Under the pieces are notes generated by a model. The model was given only the letters and a program-made list of their open reading frames with translations, did no database searches and had not been told where the DNA came from. The position numbers and the translations under genes were made by a program. Below are positions 29,881 through 39,729 of a stretch of 64,000 nucleotides of DNA, one piece after another. How positions within the stretch are numbered: position 1 is the stretch's first letter; each line of letters opens with the position of its first letter. Origin of the DNA: a bacterium (GTDB taxonomy: Bacteria > Hinthialibacterota > Hinthialibacteria > Hinthialibacterales > Hinthialibacteraceae); the NCBI GenBank assembly GCA_963662285.2, contig CAXXMV010000006.1, positions 1,280,001 to 1,344,000 on the forward strand, given 5' to 3'.

Positions 29881-30642
29881 TCAAAGATGAGATTTAACTA
29901 GTCCAACAATTATGTTGGCGGCCGCAATTAGTATGATTACGGCGAATACTTTGCGCAGCAGGGCGGGGGATGCTTTGGAGGAACCGAATTTTGAGCCCAG
30001 GAATCCTCCTATCAAAACAGCTGCTCCAAGAGCGAAAGAAGCGTTTATATTGATTGCGCCCTGGGTTAAACTATGAGTAATCAGGGCTGCAATTGAACAT
30101 AATAAAATATAACAACTTGTTAGTGCGGCGCAATTTTTTATACTGATCCATCCAAAACTAATTAAAATTGGCCCTAATATGATTCCTCCTCCGATGCCGA
30201 CCAAACCAGATAATATTCCTATCAATAGTGATACGCCAAATGAAACTATAAAAGAAGGAGTTTTTTGAACTGCTATATTTTCATGGGTGGATTTATCCGT
30301 TTGGGTAATCATACGAATACTGGCGGCGAGAAGAGTTATTGCCAGAAGAATTTTGAAGATTGGAGTGGATATCATAATTGCTGCGCCAATGATGGCGCCG
30401 GTAATTCCTCCTGATAAATAGGGCAGGGATGTTTTGAAAGCAAAATGACCTTTGGAATAATAGTTCCAGAATGTGATGATGCTGCAAATTATATTCAGTT
30501 CCCAGGCTATAGGACGTAAAACAAGAGGATCAATTTGCCAAAACGAAAGAATAGCAAGATAGGCGGTTCCTCCCCCAAGCCCGACAGAAGAGTAAGCCAT
30601 GGCGGTTAATAAGAGAATTATAAAGATGAATGTATTTTCCAT
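29881..30642 (-). CDS. Sulfite exporter TauE/SafE family protein
   Basis: AYSSVGLGGGTAY and LSGLVGIGGGIILGP internal repeats, ~8 TM, GGFLGSKFG; probable start MENTF at 30642 (track 30708 would overlap the next gene). Confidence 0.88.
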   Translation of the reverse strand: MENTFIFIILLLTAMAYSSVGLGGGTAYLAILSFWQIDPLVLRPIAWELNIICSIITFWNYYSKGHFAFKTSLPYLSGGITGAIIGAAIMISTPIFKILLAITLLAASIRMITQTDKSTHENIAVQKTPSFIVSFGVSLLIGILSGLVGIGGGIILGPILISFGWISIKNCAALTSCYILLCSIAALITHSLTQGAININASFALGAAVLIGGFLGSKFGSSKASPALLRKVFAVIILIAAANIIVGLVKSHL

Positions 30643-30679
30643 AGATAAATAATCTACAACATATTTTAGAGATAAGCAA

Positions 30680-32359
30680 ATGGATAAACCAAACAGAATC
30701 ATAATCATCGGAGGAGTAGCTTGCGGTCCGAAAGCGGCGGCAAGAGCGCGTCGGCGTGATCCAAATGCAGAAATAATACTGGTAGATCGAGGAGAATATC
30801 TATCATACGCTGGCTGCGGATTGCCATACTATGTTGGCGGCTCAGTTGCAGAGATAGAGAACCTGCAAAAAACCTCTTTCAATCTGATTCGTGACGCCGA
30901 TTATTTCAAGAATGTTAAAAATATTGATGCAAGAATACGTACAAATGCAGAGCAGCTGGATCGCGAAGCTAAAAGTATTGTATTGAGAAATCTGGATACA
31001 GGTGAGACGGAACAAGTGCAATATGACAAACTTGTTTTGGCGACCGGTTCGTCTTCAGTTGTTCCTCCCATATCTGGAATTGATAAAAATGGCGTTTTTG
31101 TTTTACAGAATATGCACGATGCGCTTGAGATAAGAAAACGCATCGATGCAGGAGAAGTCGATCATGTAGTCGTGATTGGCGCGGGACTTATTGGTATTGA
31201 GATAGTGGAATCATTCTTCAACCACGCAGTTGATGTTGTTGTGGTGGAGAAGGAGAAGCAAATCCTGCCATCCATTCTTGATGCTGAAATAGCGCAATAC
31301 GTTCAGAAAGAACTTTCACGCGATGGCGTGGAGTTTGTAACGGATCAAACAGTTCTCGCCATTGAAGGAAAAGGAAAAGTCGAAAAGGTTATTGTAAAAG
31401 GCCGGGAAATTGCTACTGATATGGTAATTGTTTCTGCGGGAGTGCGCCCCAATACCAAATTAGCCCGCCAAGCCGGATTGGATATTGGTAAAACCGGCGC
31501 GATATGGGTAAACGAATACTTACAAACCAGTGATCCAGATATATACGCCGGCGGCGATTGCGTTGAATGCCAGGATTTAGTAAGCGGCGATAAGATATTT
31601 ACTCCTATGGGGACAATTGCAAACCGTCATGGAAGAATCATCGGTAATAATGTAACTGGAGATAATGAGGCTTTTCCAGGAATTGTGGGTACCGTAATCG
31701 TAAAAGCGCTCAATGTAAATATTGCGAAAACAGGACTTACGGAAGATTCTGCCAGGAAAAAAGGCATGGATGTGGAAACATCAATAACTCCATGTCAGAA
31801 TCATGTTCATTTTTATCCGGGGAATAAATTTTTCCTGATAAAAATGACGGCGGATCGTGAAAGCGGACGTTTTTTAGGTGCGCAATTGGTAGGACCGGGC
31901 GATATTGATAAACGGGTAGACGTGTTGGCGACGGCAATCCAGTTTGGAGCAACATTGCAACAAACGGCAAACCTGGATTTGTGCTATTCACCTCCATTTT
32001 CTCATGCTTTAGACGGATTGGCGCATGCCGCCAATAATACCAGAAACCGCATTGATAAAAGCGCCGCAGCAATAAGCGCTCAACAAATCCTTGAATGTAT
32101 AGAGAAATCTGAAAATCCACCGATTTTGCTTGATTTAAGAGAAGAGAAAGAAGCAGAAAATAATCCAATTACTATAGGCAATGTTATCAATATTCCCCTT
32201 AGTGAATTAAGAAAGAGAATAAATGAACTGCCCAGGGATATAGATATAGTATGTTGTTGTACTCAAGGAGTCAGATCATATGAAGCAATGTTGCTCTTAA
32301 AAGGAGAGGGATTAGATAACATATCCTTTATTGACGGAGGTTTGAAAATGTTGTATTGA
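30680..32359 (+). CDS. FAD-dependent NAD(P)H:CoA-disulfide/persulfide reductase with C-terminal rhodanese domain (Npsr/CoADR-RHD)
   Basis: IIGGVACGPKAAARARR, SYAGCGLPYY redox Cys, GAGLIGIE, DIYAGGDC, LDLCYSPPFS, rhodanese LLDLRE...CCCTQGVRS...IDGG. Confidence 0.9.
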   Translation: MDKPNRIIIIGGVACGPKAAARARRRDPNAEIILVDRGEYLSYAGCGLPYYVGGSVAEIENLQKTSFNLIRDADYFKNVKNIDARIRTNAEQLDREAKSIVLRNLDTGETEQVQYDKLVLATGSSSVVPPISGIDKNGVFVLQNMHDALEIRKRIDAGEVDHVVVIGAGLIGIEIVESFFNHAVDVVVVEKEKQILPSILDAEIAQYVQKELSRDGVEFVTDQTVLAIEGKGKVEKVIVKGREIATDMVIVSAGVRPNTKLARQAGLDIGKTGAIWVNEYLQTSDPDIYAGGDCVECQDLVSGDKIFTPMGTIANRHGRIIGNNVTGDNEAFPGIVGTVIVKALNVNIAKTGLTEDSARKKGMDVETSITPCQNHVHFYPGNKFFLIKMTADRESGRFLGAQLVGPGDIDKRVDVLATAIQFGATLQQTANLDLCYSPPFSHALDGLAHAANNTRNRIDKSAAAISAQQILECIEKSENPPILLDLREEKEAENNPITIGNVINIPLSELRKRINELPRDIDIVCCCTQGVRSYEAMLLLKGEGLDNISFIDGGLKMLY

Positions 32360-32652
32360 TGCGATAAGATGGTTTGTTTTATATAGATATCTTATATACC
32401 ATAAATAATAACTTATTAATAAATATTGACTTGGATATTTGTTGTTATTTATATAGATTCCTTATTATATTTAACATTTAAAAATCGAAAAGATATCTAT
32501 AATCAACCTATTATATCTTATTTGATTTATCATTAATCTATCTGATAAGTAGAGCAAACAAAAGGTATATAAATATAAAAATGATGGCGGGAAAAGTAAT
32601 AAGATATTGTTAAAATAAAAGTTGAAATTAATAAAAAATCTTGACCGTTGTG

Positions 32653-32682
32653 TTGACATAATATGAAACCACATGGTATAGT
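32653..32682 (+). promoter_or_regulatory. Strong sigma70-type promoter of the dsr operon
   Basis: TTGACA-N18-TATAGT with extended -10 TG (TGgTATAGT), ~410 nt upstream of dsrL. Confidence 0.6.
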
Positions 32683-33093
32683 AAATATCTAATATGTGGA
32701 AAAGAGAATAATCCAATATCTGTTACAGATTCCATTTCATTGTTATTTCTAAATGAAATAGGCGGACAGCTTCTCAGTTTATTATTTATTTTGTATTTTA
32801 CTGTATACCTGAAACAGGTTTTTTATTAAACAAAGATATTAGTTCTACAACTTAGCCGAATAAGTATAAATACATAGTAAGAAAAAATATCTGTATAATA
32901 TGTAATTATTTATTAATACGTATATATGTCTTGGTGAAATATCTCCATTCATAAATACTTAATGATTTTTGATAGATTCACCTAAGCGGAATTATTATAT
33001 TCAATTATAATGATTAGTTTTGTGTGATGCTTATAAACATAATTTTGTTTTCATGTATCGTTCAATATTTTTAGTTTCAGTAAGGCAGATAAT

Positions 33094-34788
33094 ATGGCGA
33101 ATATTGTAAAAAAGAAAAAGAGAAAACTTGGATCAGGCGGTTTTTCAGGTCAATCTTCCGGCGGCACTGGCAAGGTAGTAACAGCCCTACGACCAAAATA
33201 TGTCACCAAATTACCTCCATGCGCAGATAATTGTCCCAGTGGAAACGATATAAGAGGCGTTTTGACCACGATGGCTCAGGCCGAAAAGAGGGGCAAAAGT
33301 ACAGAACAATCTTTTCGTGAAGCATGGGATATTTTCTTAAAGACTAATCCTTTTCCAGCAGTTTGCGGCAGAGTTTGTCCTCATCCCTGTGAAACCGAAT
33401 GTAATAGAAAAGAGAAAGAAGGCTCGCTCGCGATCAATAATATCGAAAGGTTTATTGGTGATTTCGGCATCGAGCATAAACTTACTCCCGCCAAAATTTC
33501 TGAAGAACAATATGCTGAAAAAATTGCAATTGTCGGCGCTGGCCCCGCTGGTTTATCATGCGCATACCAACTGGCGCGTAGAGGTTACCCGGTAACTGTT
33601 TTTGAATCGTTCGCTAAACCGGGCGGCATGTTGCGCTATGGCATCCCTGAATACCGGTTGCCGCGTGAGGTATTGGATGCCGAGATTAACCGTATTCTTG
33701 ATATGGGCGTAGAATTAAAATGCGATACATCTATCGGAACTGATATACCTTATGAGGATCTGAAAAAGGAATATAAAGTCATATTTGTAGGGATTGGCGC
33801 CCACAAAGGCCTGCCCCTTCGCGTTGATGGAGAAGAAGCCGACAACGTATATTCCGGCGCTGATTTCCTGCATAAAGTAAACTCTGGCGAGAAACTGGAT
33901 ATTGGCAAAAAAGTGATAATCATCGGTGGAGGAGATAGCGCCATTGATGCGGCTCGCGTATCGCTTCGTTTGGGCGCCGAACCGATAATCCTATACCGCC
34001 GAACTATAAAAGAAATGCCCGCCATAGAACATGAAGTTACAGAAGCGGAAAGAGAAGGAATTAAAATGGAATTCCTGGCCGCTCCTTTAGAGATGTTGCC
34101 TGGTGATAATGGACGTGCGCGAGGAATGAAATGCATCCGAATGGAACTTGGAGAGCCGGATGATTCCGGAAGGCGCCGCCCGGTCCCGATTGAAGGAAGC
34201 GAGTTTGACGTAGAAGCAGACACCATTATCGCAGCAATTAGTCAAGAACCAGATTTCACAGGATTCGAGCATCTACGGGAAGGACGCGATTGGCTGAAAG
34301 TCGATGAAAATGGTTTAACTATGGACTCAGACGCCTTTGCCGGGGGAGATGCGGTTTCTCTTGGTTTGGTGACTATAGCCATATTCCATGGCAGACGGGC
34401 TGCTGAATTGATTCATTGCAACCTGCGCGGCATCACCCCTGAACCAAAACCTGATATGCCCAAGATTACAGCTGACAAGATGAAACTTGATTTTTATGAA
34501 ACAGCTGAACGACATGAACGAACTTCTGTTGATCCAGAAAATCGTTTAAAAGACCCATGGGCCGAAGTTGAGAATGGACTTTCTCCAGAAGATGCCGTTG
34601 CGGAAGCCATGCGTTGCATGAGCTGTGGAACATGTTTTGATTGTGGAACCTGTTGGAAATTCTGTCAGGATAATGCAATCGTTAAGTCCCCGGTTCCTTT
34701 TGAACCATATAAATTCAAGATGGACTTTTGCCAGGGATGTAAAAAGTGCGCGGAGGAGTGTCCGTGCGGTTATATTGAAATGGAATAA
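33094..34788 (+). CDS. dsrL: DsrL NAD(P)H:acceptor oxidoreductase, DsrL-2 type
   Basis: LRPKYVTKLPPC...CPSGNDIRG, NPFPAVCGRVCPHPCE..CNR, GAGPAG, GGGDSAID, YRR motif, C-terminal RCMSCG.CFDC..CW.FC and CQGCKKCAEECPCGYIEM; directly upstream of dsrA. Confidence 0.93.
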   Translation: MANIVKKKKRKLGSGGFSGQSSGGTGKVVTALRPKYVTKLPPCADNCPSGNDIRGVLTTMAQAEKRGKSTEQSFREAWDIFLKTNPFPAVCGRVCPHPCETECNRKEKEGSLAINNIERFIGDFGIEHKLTPAKISEEQYAEKIAIVGAGPAGLSCAYQLARRGYPVTVFESFAKPGGMLRYGIPEYRLPREVLDAEINRILDMGVELKCDTSIGTDIPYEDLKKEYKVIFVGIGAHKGLPLRVDGEEADNVYSGADFLHKVNSGEKLDIGKKVIIIGGGDSAIDAARVSLRLGAEPIILYRRTIKEMPAIEHEVTEAEREGIKMEFLAAPLEMLPGDNGRARGMKCIRMELGEPDDSGRRRPVPIEGSEFDVEADTIIAAISQEPDFTGFEHLREGRDWLKVDENGLTMDSDAFAGGDAVSLGLVTIAIFHGRRAAELIHCNLRGITPEPKPDMPKITADKMKLDFYETAERHERTSVDPENRLKDPWAEVENGLSPEDAVAEAMRCMSCGTCFDCGTCWKFCQDNAIVKSPVPFEPYKFKMDFCQGCKKCAEECPCGYIEME

Positions 34789-34882
34789 ATGTTATCTTGT
34801 ATAATAAATTCTAAAGATTTAAAGTATCAGTAATAAGGTATAAATTCTTACGCTTATTCTCAGCAAGGAGGATCTAACCGAC

Positions 34883-36103
34883 ATGGCGGATGGACAAACG
34901 AACGGCAAGACCCCAAATCTGGATAAACTAGATAAGGGACCGTGGCCCAGTTTTGTGAAGGAGATCAAACGAGCTGCCGAAAGCAGTGATATGAGTAAAG
35001 ATCTCCTGGGACAGTTGGAATTGTCCTATGAAGAAAAAATTGGGCATTGGAAACATGGTGGAATCGTAGGCGTTTTGGGGTATGGAGGAGGCGTCATTGG
35101 GCGTTATTCTGATGTACCGGAGAAATTTCCCAATGTGCAACATTTTCATACTATCCGGGTGAACCAGCCAGCTGGTTGGTTTTATTCCTCTGATGCTCTG
35201 AGAACGTTATGCGATATTTGGGAGAGACATGGCTCTGGTTTGACCAATATGCATGGTTCAACTGGTGATATTGTTTTTCTTGGCACCAGAACAGAGGAAT
35301 TAGAACCAATTTTTGCAGAGTTGACCAAAGAAGGCTTCGACTTGGGTGGTTCAGGTTCAGATGTGCGTACTCCCAGCGCTTGCGTTGGACCAGCGCGTTG
35401 TGAGTGGGCTTGTTATGACACCCTGAACTTATGTTATGACTTAACCATGGAATATCAGGATGAACTACACCGTCCCGCATTCCCCTATAAGTTTAAGTTC
35501 AAATGCTCTGGATGTCCTAATGATTGCGTAGCAGCACAAGCGCGTTCGGATATGTCTATAATCGGAACCTGGAAAGATGATATTCAGGTTGATCAAGCTG
35601 CTGTTAAAGAATACGCCGATCAAGGGCTTAATATTGAAAAGGATGTTTGCGGCAACTGCCCAACCAAATGCATGGATTGGGATGGTTCCACTTTGAAGAT
35701 AGATAATCGTGTATGCGTTAAGTGTATGCATTGCATAAATGCTATGCCAAAAGCATTGCGTCCTGGCAAAGAACGCGGCGCCTGCATTATGATCGGAGCG
35801 AAAGCGCCTATTGTTGACGGCGCCCAAATATCTTCAGTTTTGATTCCTTTCCTGAAAATGGAACCACCTTATCAGGAAATCAAAGATCTCTGCGAGAAAA
35901 TGTGGGATCTATGGTGCGATGAAGGTAAAGCAAGAGAACGCATCGGTGAGTTTATTCTTAGAGTTGGTATGGCTAATTTCTTGGAAGCTATAGAGATGGA
36001 ACCTAGTCCATACATGGTGGCTCATCCAAGAGATAATCCATATATCTTCTATGATGAATATATTGAAGAAGGCGACGACGAAGAAGAAGGCGACGAAGAA
36101 TAA
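34883..36103 (+). CDS. dsrA: Dissimilatory sulfite reductase alpha subunit, reductive bacterial type
   Basis: [37 protein letters not shown], siroheme ligands CVGPARC and [25 protein letters not shown]. Confidence 0.99.
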   Translation: MADGQTNGKTPNLDKLDKGPWPSFVKEIKRAAESSDMSKDLLGQLELSYEEKIGHWKHGGIVGVLGYGGGVIGRYSDVPEKFPNVQHFHTIRVNQPAGWFYSSDALRTLCDIWERHGSGLTNMHGSTGDIVFLGTRTEELEPIFAELTKEGFDLGGSGSDVRTPSACVGPARCEWACYDTLNLCYDLTMEYQDELHRPAFPYKFKFKCSGCPNDCVAAQARSDMSIIGTWKDDIQVDQAAVKEYADQGLNIEKDVCGNCPTKCMDWDGSTLKIDNRVCVKCMHCINAMPKALRPGKERGACIMIGAKAPIVDGAQISSVLIPFLKMEPPYQEIKDLCEKMWDLWCDEGKARERIGEFILRVGMANFLEAIEMEPSPYMVAHPRDNPYIFYDEYIEEGDDEEEGDEE

Positions 36104-36178
36104 TCCATAACCCTAAAGACTTGGTAGCACTGGTAATTTAAGGATAATTCAAAGCTAATAAAAACAGGAGGTTTACTG

Positions 36179-37255
36179 ATGTCTCAAACTCAACGAATAA
36201 CCGACATCGGCCCACCCAGATACGATAAATGGTTTCCTGAAGTTATTAAAAAGAACTATGGGAAATGGAAATATCATGAAATATTAAAGCCTGGAGTACT
36301 AATGCATGTTGCAGAATCCGGCGATAAGTTGTTTAGCGTCCGCATTGCTTCTCCACGCTTATTGAGCATCCATACTATTCGTGATTTCTGTGATGTCGCC
36401 GATAAATATTGCGAAGGTCATCTGCGTTTTACCAGCCGTAACAACGTTGAATTCCTGCTTACCGATGAATCGAAAATCGATCCGATAATAGCGGAATTGA
36501 GAGCGCTTGGTTTTCCGGTTGGTGGTGTTGGAAACACTATATCCAATATCGTCCATACCCAAGGTTGGGTGCATTGCCATTCAGCGGCGACTGATGCCTC
36601 TGGCATTGTCAAGAACGTCATGGATGCACTGTGCGATAAATTTGAATCCAGGGATATGCCTGGCAAACTACGTATCGCCCTGGCTTGCTGCTTAAACATG
36701 TGCGGCGCGGTGCATTGTTCAGATATCGCGATTCTAGGTTTGCATAAAAGCCCGCCAAAAGTTAATCACGATTTGCTCAATAATATTTGTGAAATACCTA
36801 CAGTTGTCTCAGCTTGCCCAACCGCCGCAATTAGACCTGCCAAGGTTAATGGTAAAGACTCTGTGGAAATTGATGAGGATCGATGCATGTTCTGCGCAAA
36901 CTGCTTCACTGTTTGCCCTTCAATAACATTGAACGATCCACTAAATGATGGCGTTTCGATCTGGGTCGGTGGTAAAGTTTCTAACGCCCGTCACGTACCT
37001 ATGTTCTCGAAACTGGCTATTCCATATATTCCCAATAATCCACCTTACTGGCCTGAAGTGGTTGATGCTATTACAAATATAGTTAACGTATGGTCGGCGA
37101 ATGCAAATAAATACGAACGAATGGGCGAATGGATCGAACGAATCGGTTGGCCGCGTTTCTTTGAATTGACTGGTATTAAATTTGAAAGTTATCACATTGA
37201 TGATTTCAAATACGCTGGTCTATCATTCAACCGATCTGCTCATATTCGTTTCTAA
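36179..37255 (+). CDS. dsrB: Dissimilatory sulfite reductase beta subunit
   Basis: [88 protein letters not shown]. Confidence 0.99.
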   Translation: MSQTQRITDIGPPRYDKWFPEVIKKNYGKWKYHEILKPGVLMHVAESGDKLFSVRIASPRLLSIHTIRDFCDVADKYCEGHLRFTSRNNVEFLLTDESKIDPIIAELRALGFPVGGVGNTISNIVHTQGWVHCHSAATDASGIVKNVMDALCDKFESRDMPGKLRIALACCLNMCGAVHCSDIAILGLHKSPPKVNHDLLNNICEIPTVVSACPTAAIRPAKVNGKDSVEIDEDRCMFCANCFTVCPSITLNDPLNDGVSIWVGGKVSNARHVPMFSKLAIPYIPNNPPYWPEVVDAITNIVNVWSANANKYERMGEWIERIGWPRFFELTGIKFESYHIDDFKYAGLSFNRSAHIRF

Positions 37256-37270
37256 GAAGGAAAAAAGATA

Positions 37271-37525
37271 ATGTCTGACGAACTAACAGTCGAACAGGTT
37301 GCTGATGCAATGTTTAACATGGTTAAAGATGCGATGGGTCAAAAAAAATTGAAACCCATGGATCTGCAAAAATCCATGATTGAATATTTCGGCGCTGATA
37401 AATGCGATAAGAAAAAATGTAAAGAGGCGATCAAAATACTGATCAATTCCGAGCGTTGCGTCTATACCTATTTTGGAGGTTCTTTCATTGAGATACCTCA
37501 TGAAGAAGGCGCTGCAAAAGGGTAA
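37271..37525 (+). CDS. dsrD: Small winged-helix-like protein at the dsrD position (divergent DsrD-like)
   Basis: 84 aa directly after dsrB; helical Lys-rich core then LINSERCVYTYFGGSFIE where canonical DsrD has LV..E.LEYWSSGST. Assignment rests on size, position and predicted fold. Confidence 0.6.
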   Translation: MSDELTVEQVADAMFNMVKDAMGQKKLKPMDLQKSMIEYFGADKCDKKKCKEAIKILINSERCVYTYFGGSFIEIPHEEGAAKG

Positions 37526-37574
37526 TGTAAAGGATTAATGTTCGACTAAATTGACATAATGCAGGCATGTTAAA

Positions 37575-38990
37575 TTGTATGAAGAGGCGCCAAAAAAAGC
37601 ATGCCCCCGGGTAGTTATCTGTGGGCTTCGAGGAGGCTCCGGTAAAACTATAGCGACGCTTGGTTTAATCGGCGCCTTGAGAAAACGCGGTTTGTCTGTA
37701 GCTCCATTTAAGAAAGGACCTGATTATATTGATCCTCAGTGGATCTCGTTGGCTGCGAATTCATCTTGCCGTAATTTGGATTCGTTTTTAATGAGTCGGG
37801 ACCAGATCCAACATTCTGTTTTGCAATATGGCTCTCATGCGGATATTGCAGTAATAGAAGGAAACCGGGGATTATATGATGGTATGGACGAGGAGGGAAC
37901 CTACAGTACTGCTGAGTTAGCTATACAACTTGAATCGCCTGTAATATTGGTGGTGGATTGTACAAAAGCTACCCGGACAATTGCTGCATTGGTTCTGGGA
38001 TGCAAACACCTGAATCCAAAAACTCCGCTTCGTGGAGTGATTTTGAATCAGGTTTCCAGGGAAAGACAGGAATCTGTTATTCGTAGGGCAGTTGAGCACG
38101 ATACCGGAATTCCCGTTCTTGGGTCTATCAAGAAGAGGCATGATTTTTCTTTTCCGGAAAGGCATCTGGGTTTGCATCCACCAACAGAGCAGGATTCACC
38201 GCAATGCACTTTACGACAGATTACTGATTGGTTTGAAGAGTCTGTTGATGTAGAGCAAATTATCAATATTGCGCGGTCAGCGCCTATGATTGAATTTGAA
38301 GAGCGCAATATTGAGGTCGAGAAGAAGAGTAATAGACATAAAAAAGTAAGAATTGGCATCATTCGAGATGAAGCGTTTCATTTTTACTATCCAGAGAATA
38401 TTGAAATTCTGGAAAGAGGAGATGCTCAAATCGTTGAGATAAACTCTCTGAAAGATAACTGCCTCCCTGATATAGATGGTTTATATATTGGTGGAGGATT
38501 TCCTGAGATTTATGGGAAACAACTTTCAGAGAACCACGAGTTTCGTCAAAATCTTTGTGATGAGATTAATAAAGGTTTGCCGGTTCTCGCTGAATGTGGA
38601 GGATTGATCTATTTGAGCAAGGCCATTGTTTATCAGTCATGCGCCTATGAGATGGCCGGGGTTTTTCCAGTAACTTATAATATTTCTAATAAACCCCAGG
38701 GGCATGGATATACCATTGTTCGAGTTGATCAGCAAAATCCATTTTATTCAGTAGGAACTTTGATGCGTGGTCATGAATTTCGCTATTCCCAGGTTATGGA
38801 AAACGATTATGATATGACCAATAGCGTGTTTGCCATGGAACGTGGATACGGTTTTGATGGAACGAGAGATGGTTTGAGTTATAAGAATTGCGTGGCTTCG
38901 TTTTGTCACCATCATGCCGCTGGCAGTCCTGAATCAATGATGGGCTTATTGCAGTTGGCCAGAGAATATCCCTCTCTTATTGAGGGTTGA
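37575..38990 (+). CDS. dsrN: Siroheme amidase (cobyrinate a,c-diamide synthase homolog)
   Basis: GLRGGSGKT, FKKGPDYID, IEGNRGLYDG, FPERHLGL, AFHFYYPEN, GGGFPE, AECGGLIYL, GHEFRYS; dsr context. Confidence 0.92.
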   Translation: MYEEAPKKACPRVVICGLRGGSGKTIATLGLIGALRKRGLSVAPFKKGPDYIDPQWISLAANSSCRNLDSFLMSRDQIQHSVLQYGSHADIAVIEGNRGLYDGMDEEGTYSTAELAIQLESPVILVVDCTKATRTIAALVLGCKHLNPKTPLRGVILNQVSRERQESVIRRAVEHDTGIPVLGSIKKRHDFSFPERHLGLHPPTEQDSPQCTLRQITDWFEESVDVEQIINIARSAPMIEFEERNIEVEKKSNRHKKVRIGIIRDEAFHFYYPENIEILERGDAQIVEINSLKDNCLPDIDGLYIGGGFPEIYGKQLSENHEFRQNLCDEINKGLPVLAECGGLIYLSKAIVYQSCAYEMAGVFPVTYNISNKPQGHGYTIVRVDQQNPFYSVGTLMRGHEFRYSQVMENDYDMTNSVFAMERGYGFDGTRDGLSYKNCVASFCHHHAAGSPESMMGLLQLAREYPSLIEG

Positions 38991-39055
38991 TGTAAAAAAT
39001 ACTCATTAAGTCAACAAAATTAGTTTGGCTGATGAATGATTGGGATGGATAAAAA

Positions 39056-39373
39056 ATGGCACAGGTTGAATTAGCTGGAAAAATGTTTGATCTTGATGAA
39101 GATGGTTTCATCCAGGACGCAACCGATTGGGATGAAGAAGTTGCTAAAGCGATTGCTCCTACTGAAGGTGTGGAGGATATGTCGGAAGAACATTGGAAAG
39201 TAGTTAATTTTATCCGGGATTACTACAAGGAATTCGGCGTGGCTCCTATGGTTCGCAAACTTTGTAAATCAACTGATTGTGATATGAAGAAAATATATGA
39301 ACTATTTCCTTCTGGTCCGGCCAAAGGCGCTTGTAAAATTGCGGGTTTGCCCAAACCGACTGGTTGCGTATAA
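39056..39373 (+). CDS. dsrC: Sulfur carrier DsrC with both C-terminal cysteines
   Basis: DEDGF...W....A, HWKVVNFIR.YY, APMVRKL, LFPSGPAKGACKIAGLPKPTGCV (Cx10C). Confidence 0.98.
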   Translation: MAQVELAGKMFDLDEDGFIQDATDWDEEVAKAIAPTEGVEDMSEEHWKVVNFIRDYYKEFGVAPMVRKLCKSTDCDMKKIYELFPSGPAKGACKIAGLPKPTGCV

Positions 39374-39596
39374 CGTATCTGCTCGTATGACATGCACTGA
39401 ATAGTGGGGCGGCGGTCGCTTGATATAAGTTCCTCTGATCGCCGTCTATAAGGCTATTCTGTTGAGAGAATTATTCTTTCTGATTTTGCAGGAAGAGAAT
39501 GTCTCCTTGCGTCTTTGCTTATTAATATTTTGCTTTTTTCATTAGCTACTTACAGGGATTCAACTATAGATAAATTCGCAAGATAAATTTTGTTAT

Positions 39597-39633
39597 TTCT
39601 TCTCCAAAGTCTGAATTAGACTTTGGAGAAGAA
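39597..39633. other. Perfect 16-bp inverted repeat between dsrC and dsrT
   Basis: ttcttctccaaagtct-gaatt-agactttggagaagaa; no U-tract follows. Confidence 0.7.
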
Positions 39634-39729
39634 GATAATCCATTTAATGCGAACGATTACCCGTATTTATTTTGTTTTGTAATATTATGTTTTTATCTAA
39701 AATATTATCGCTAATAGAGTATTCAACTA

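Noticed and set aside
33094-34788. Glutamate synthase small subunit (gltD) or sudA annotation
   Set aside because: C-terminal ferredoxin with RCMSCG/CPCGYI and position before dsrA identify DsrL; no gltB nearby.
37575-38990. Cobalamin biosynthesis gene cbiA/cobB
   Set aside because: Embedded in the dsr operon with no other cob/cbi genes; better explained as dsrN.
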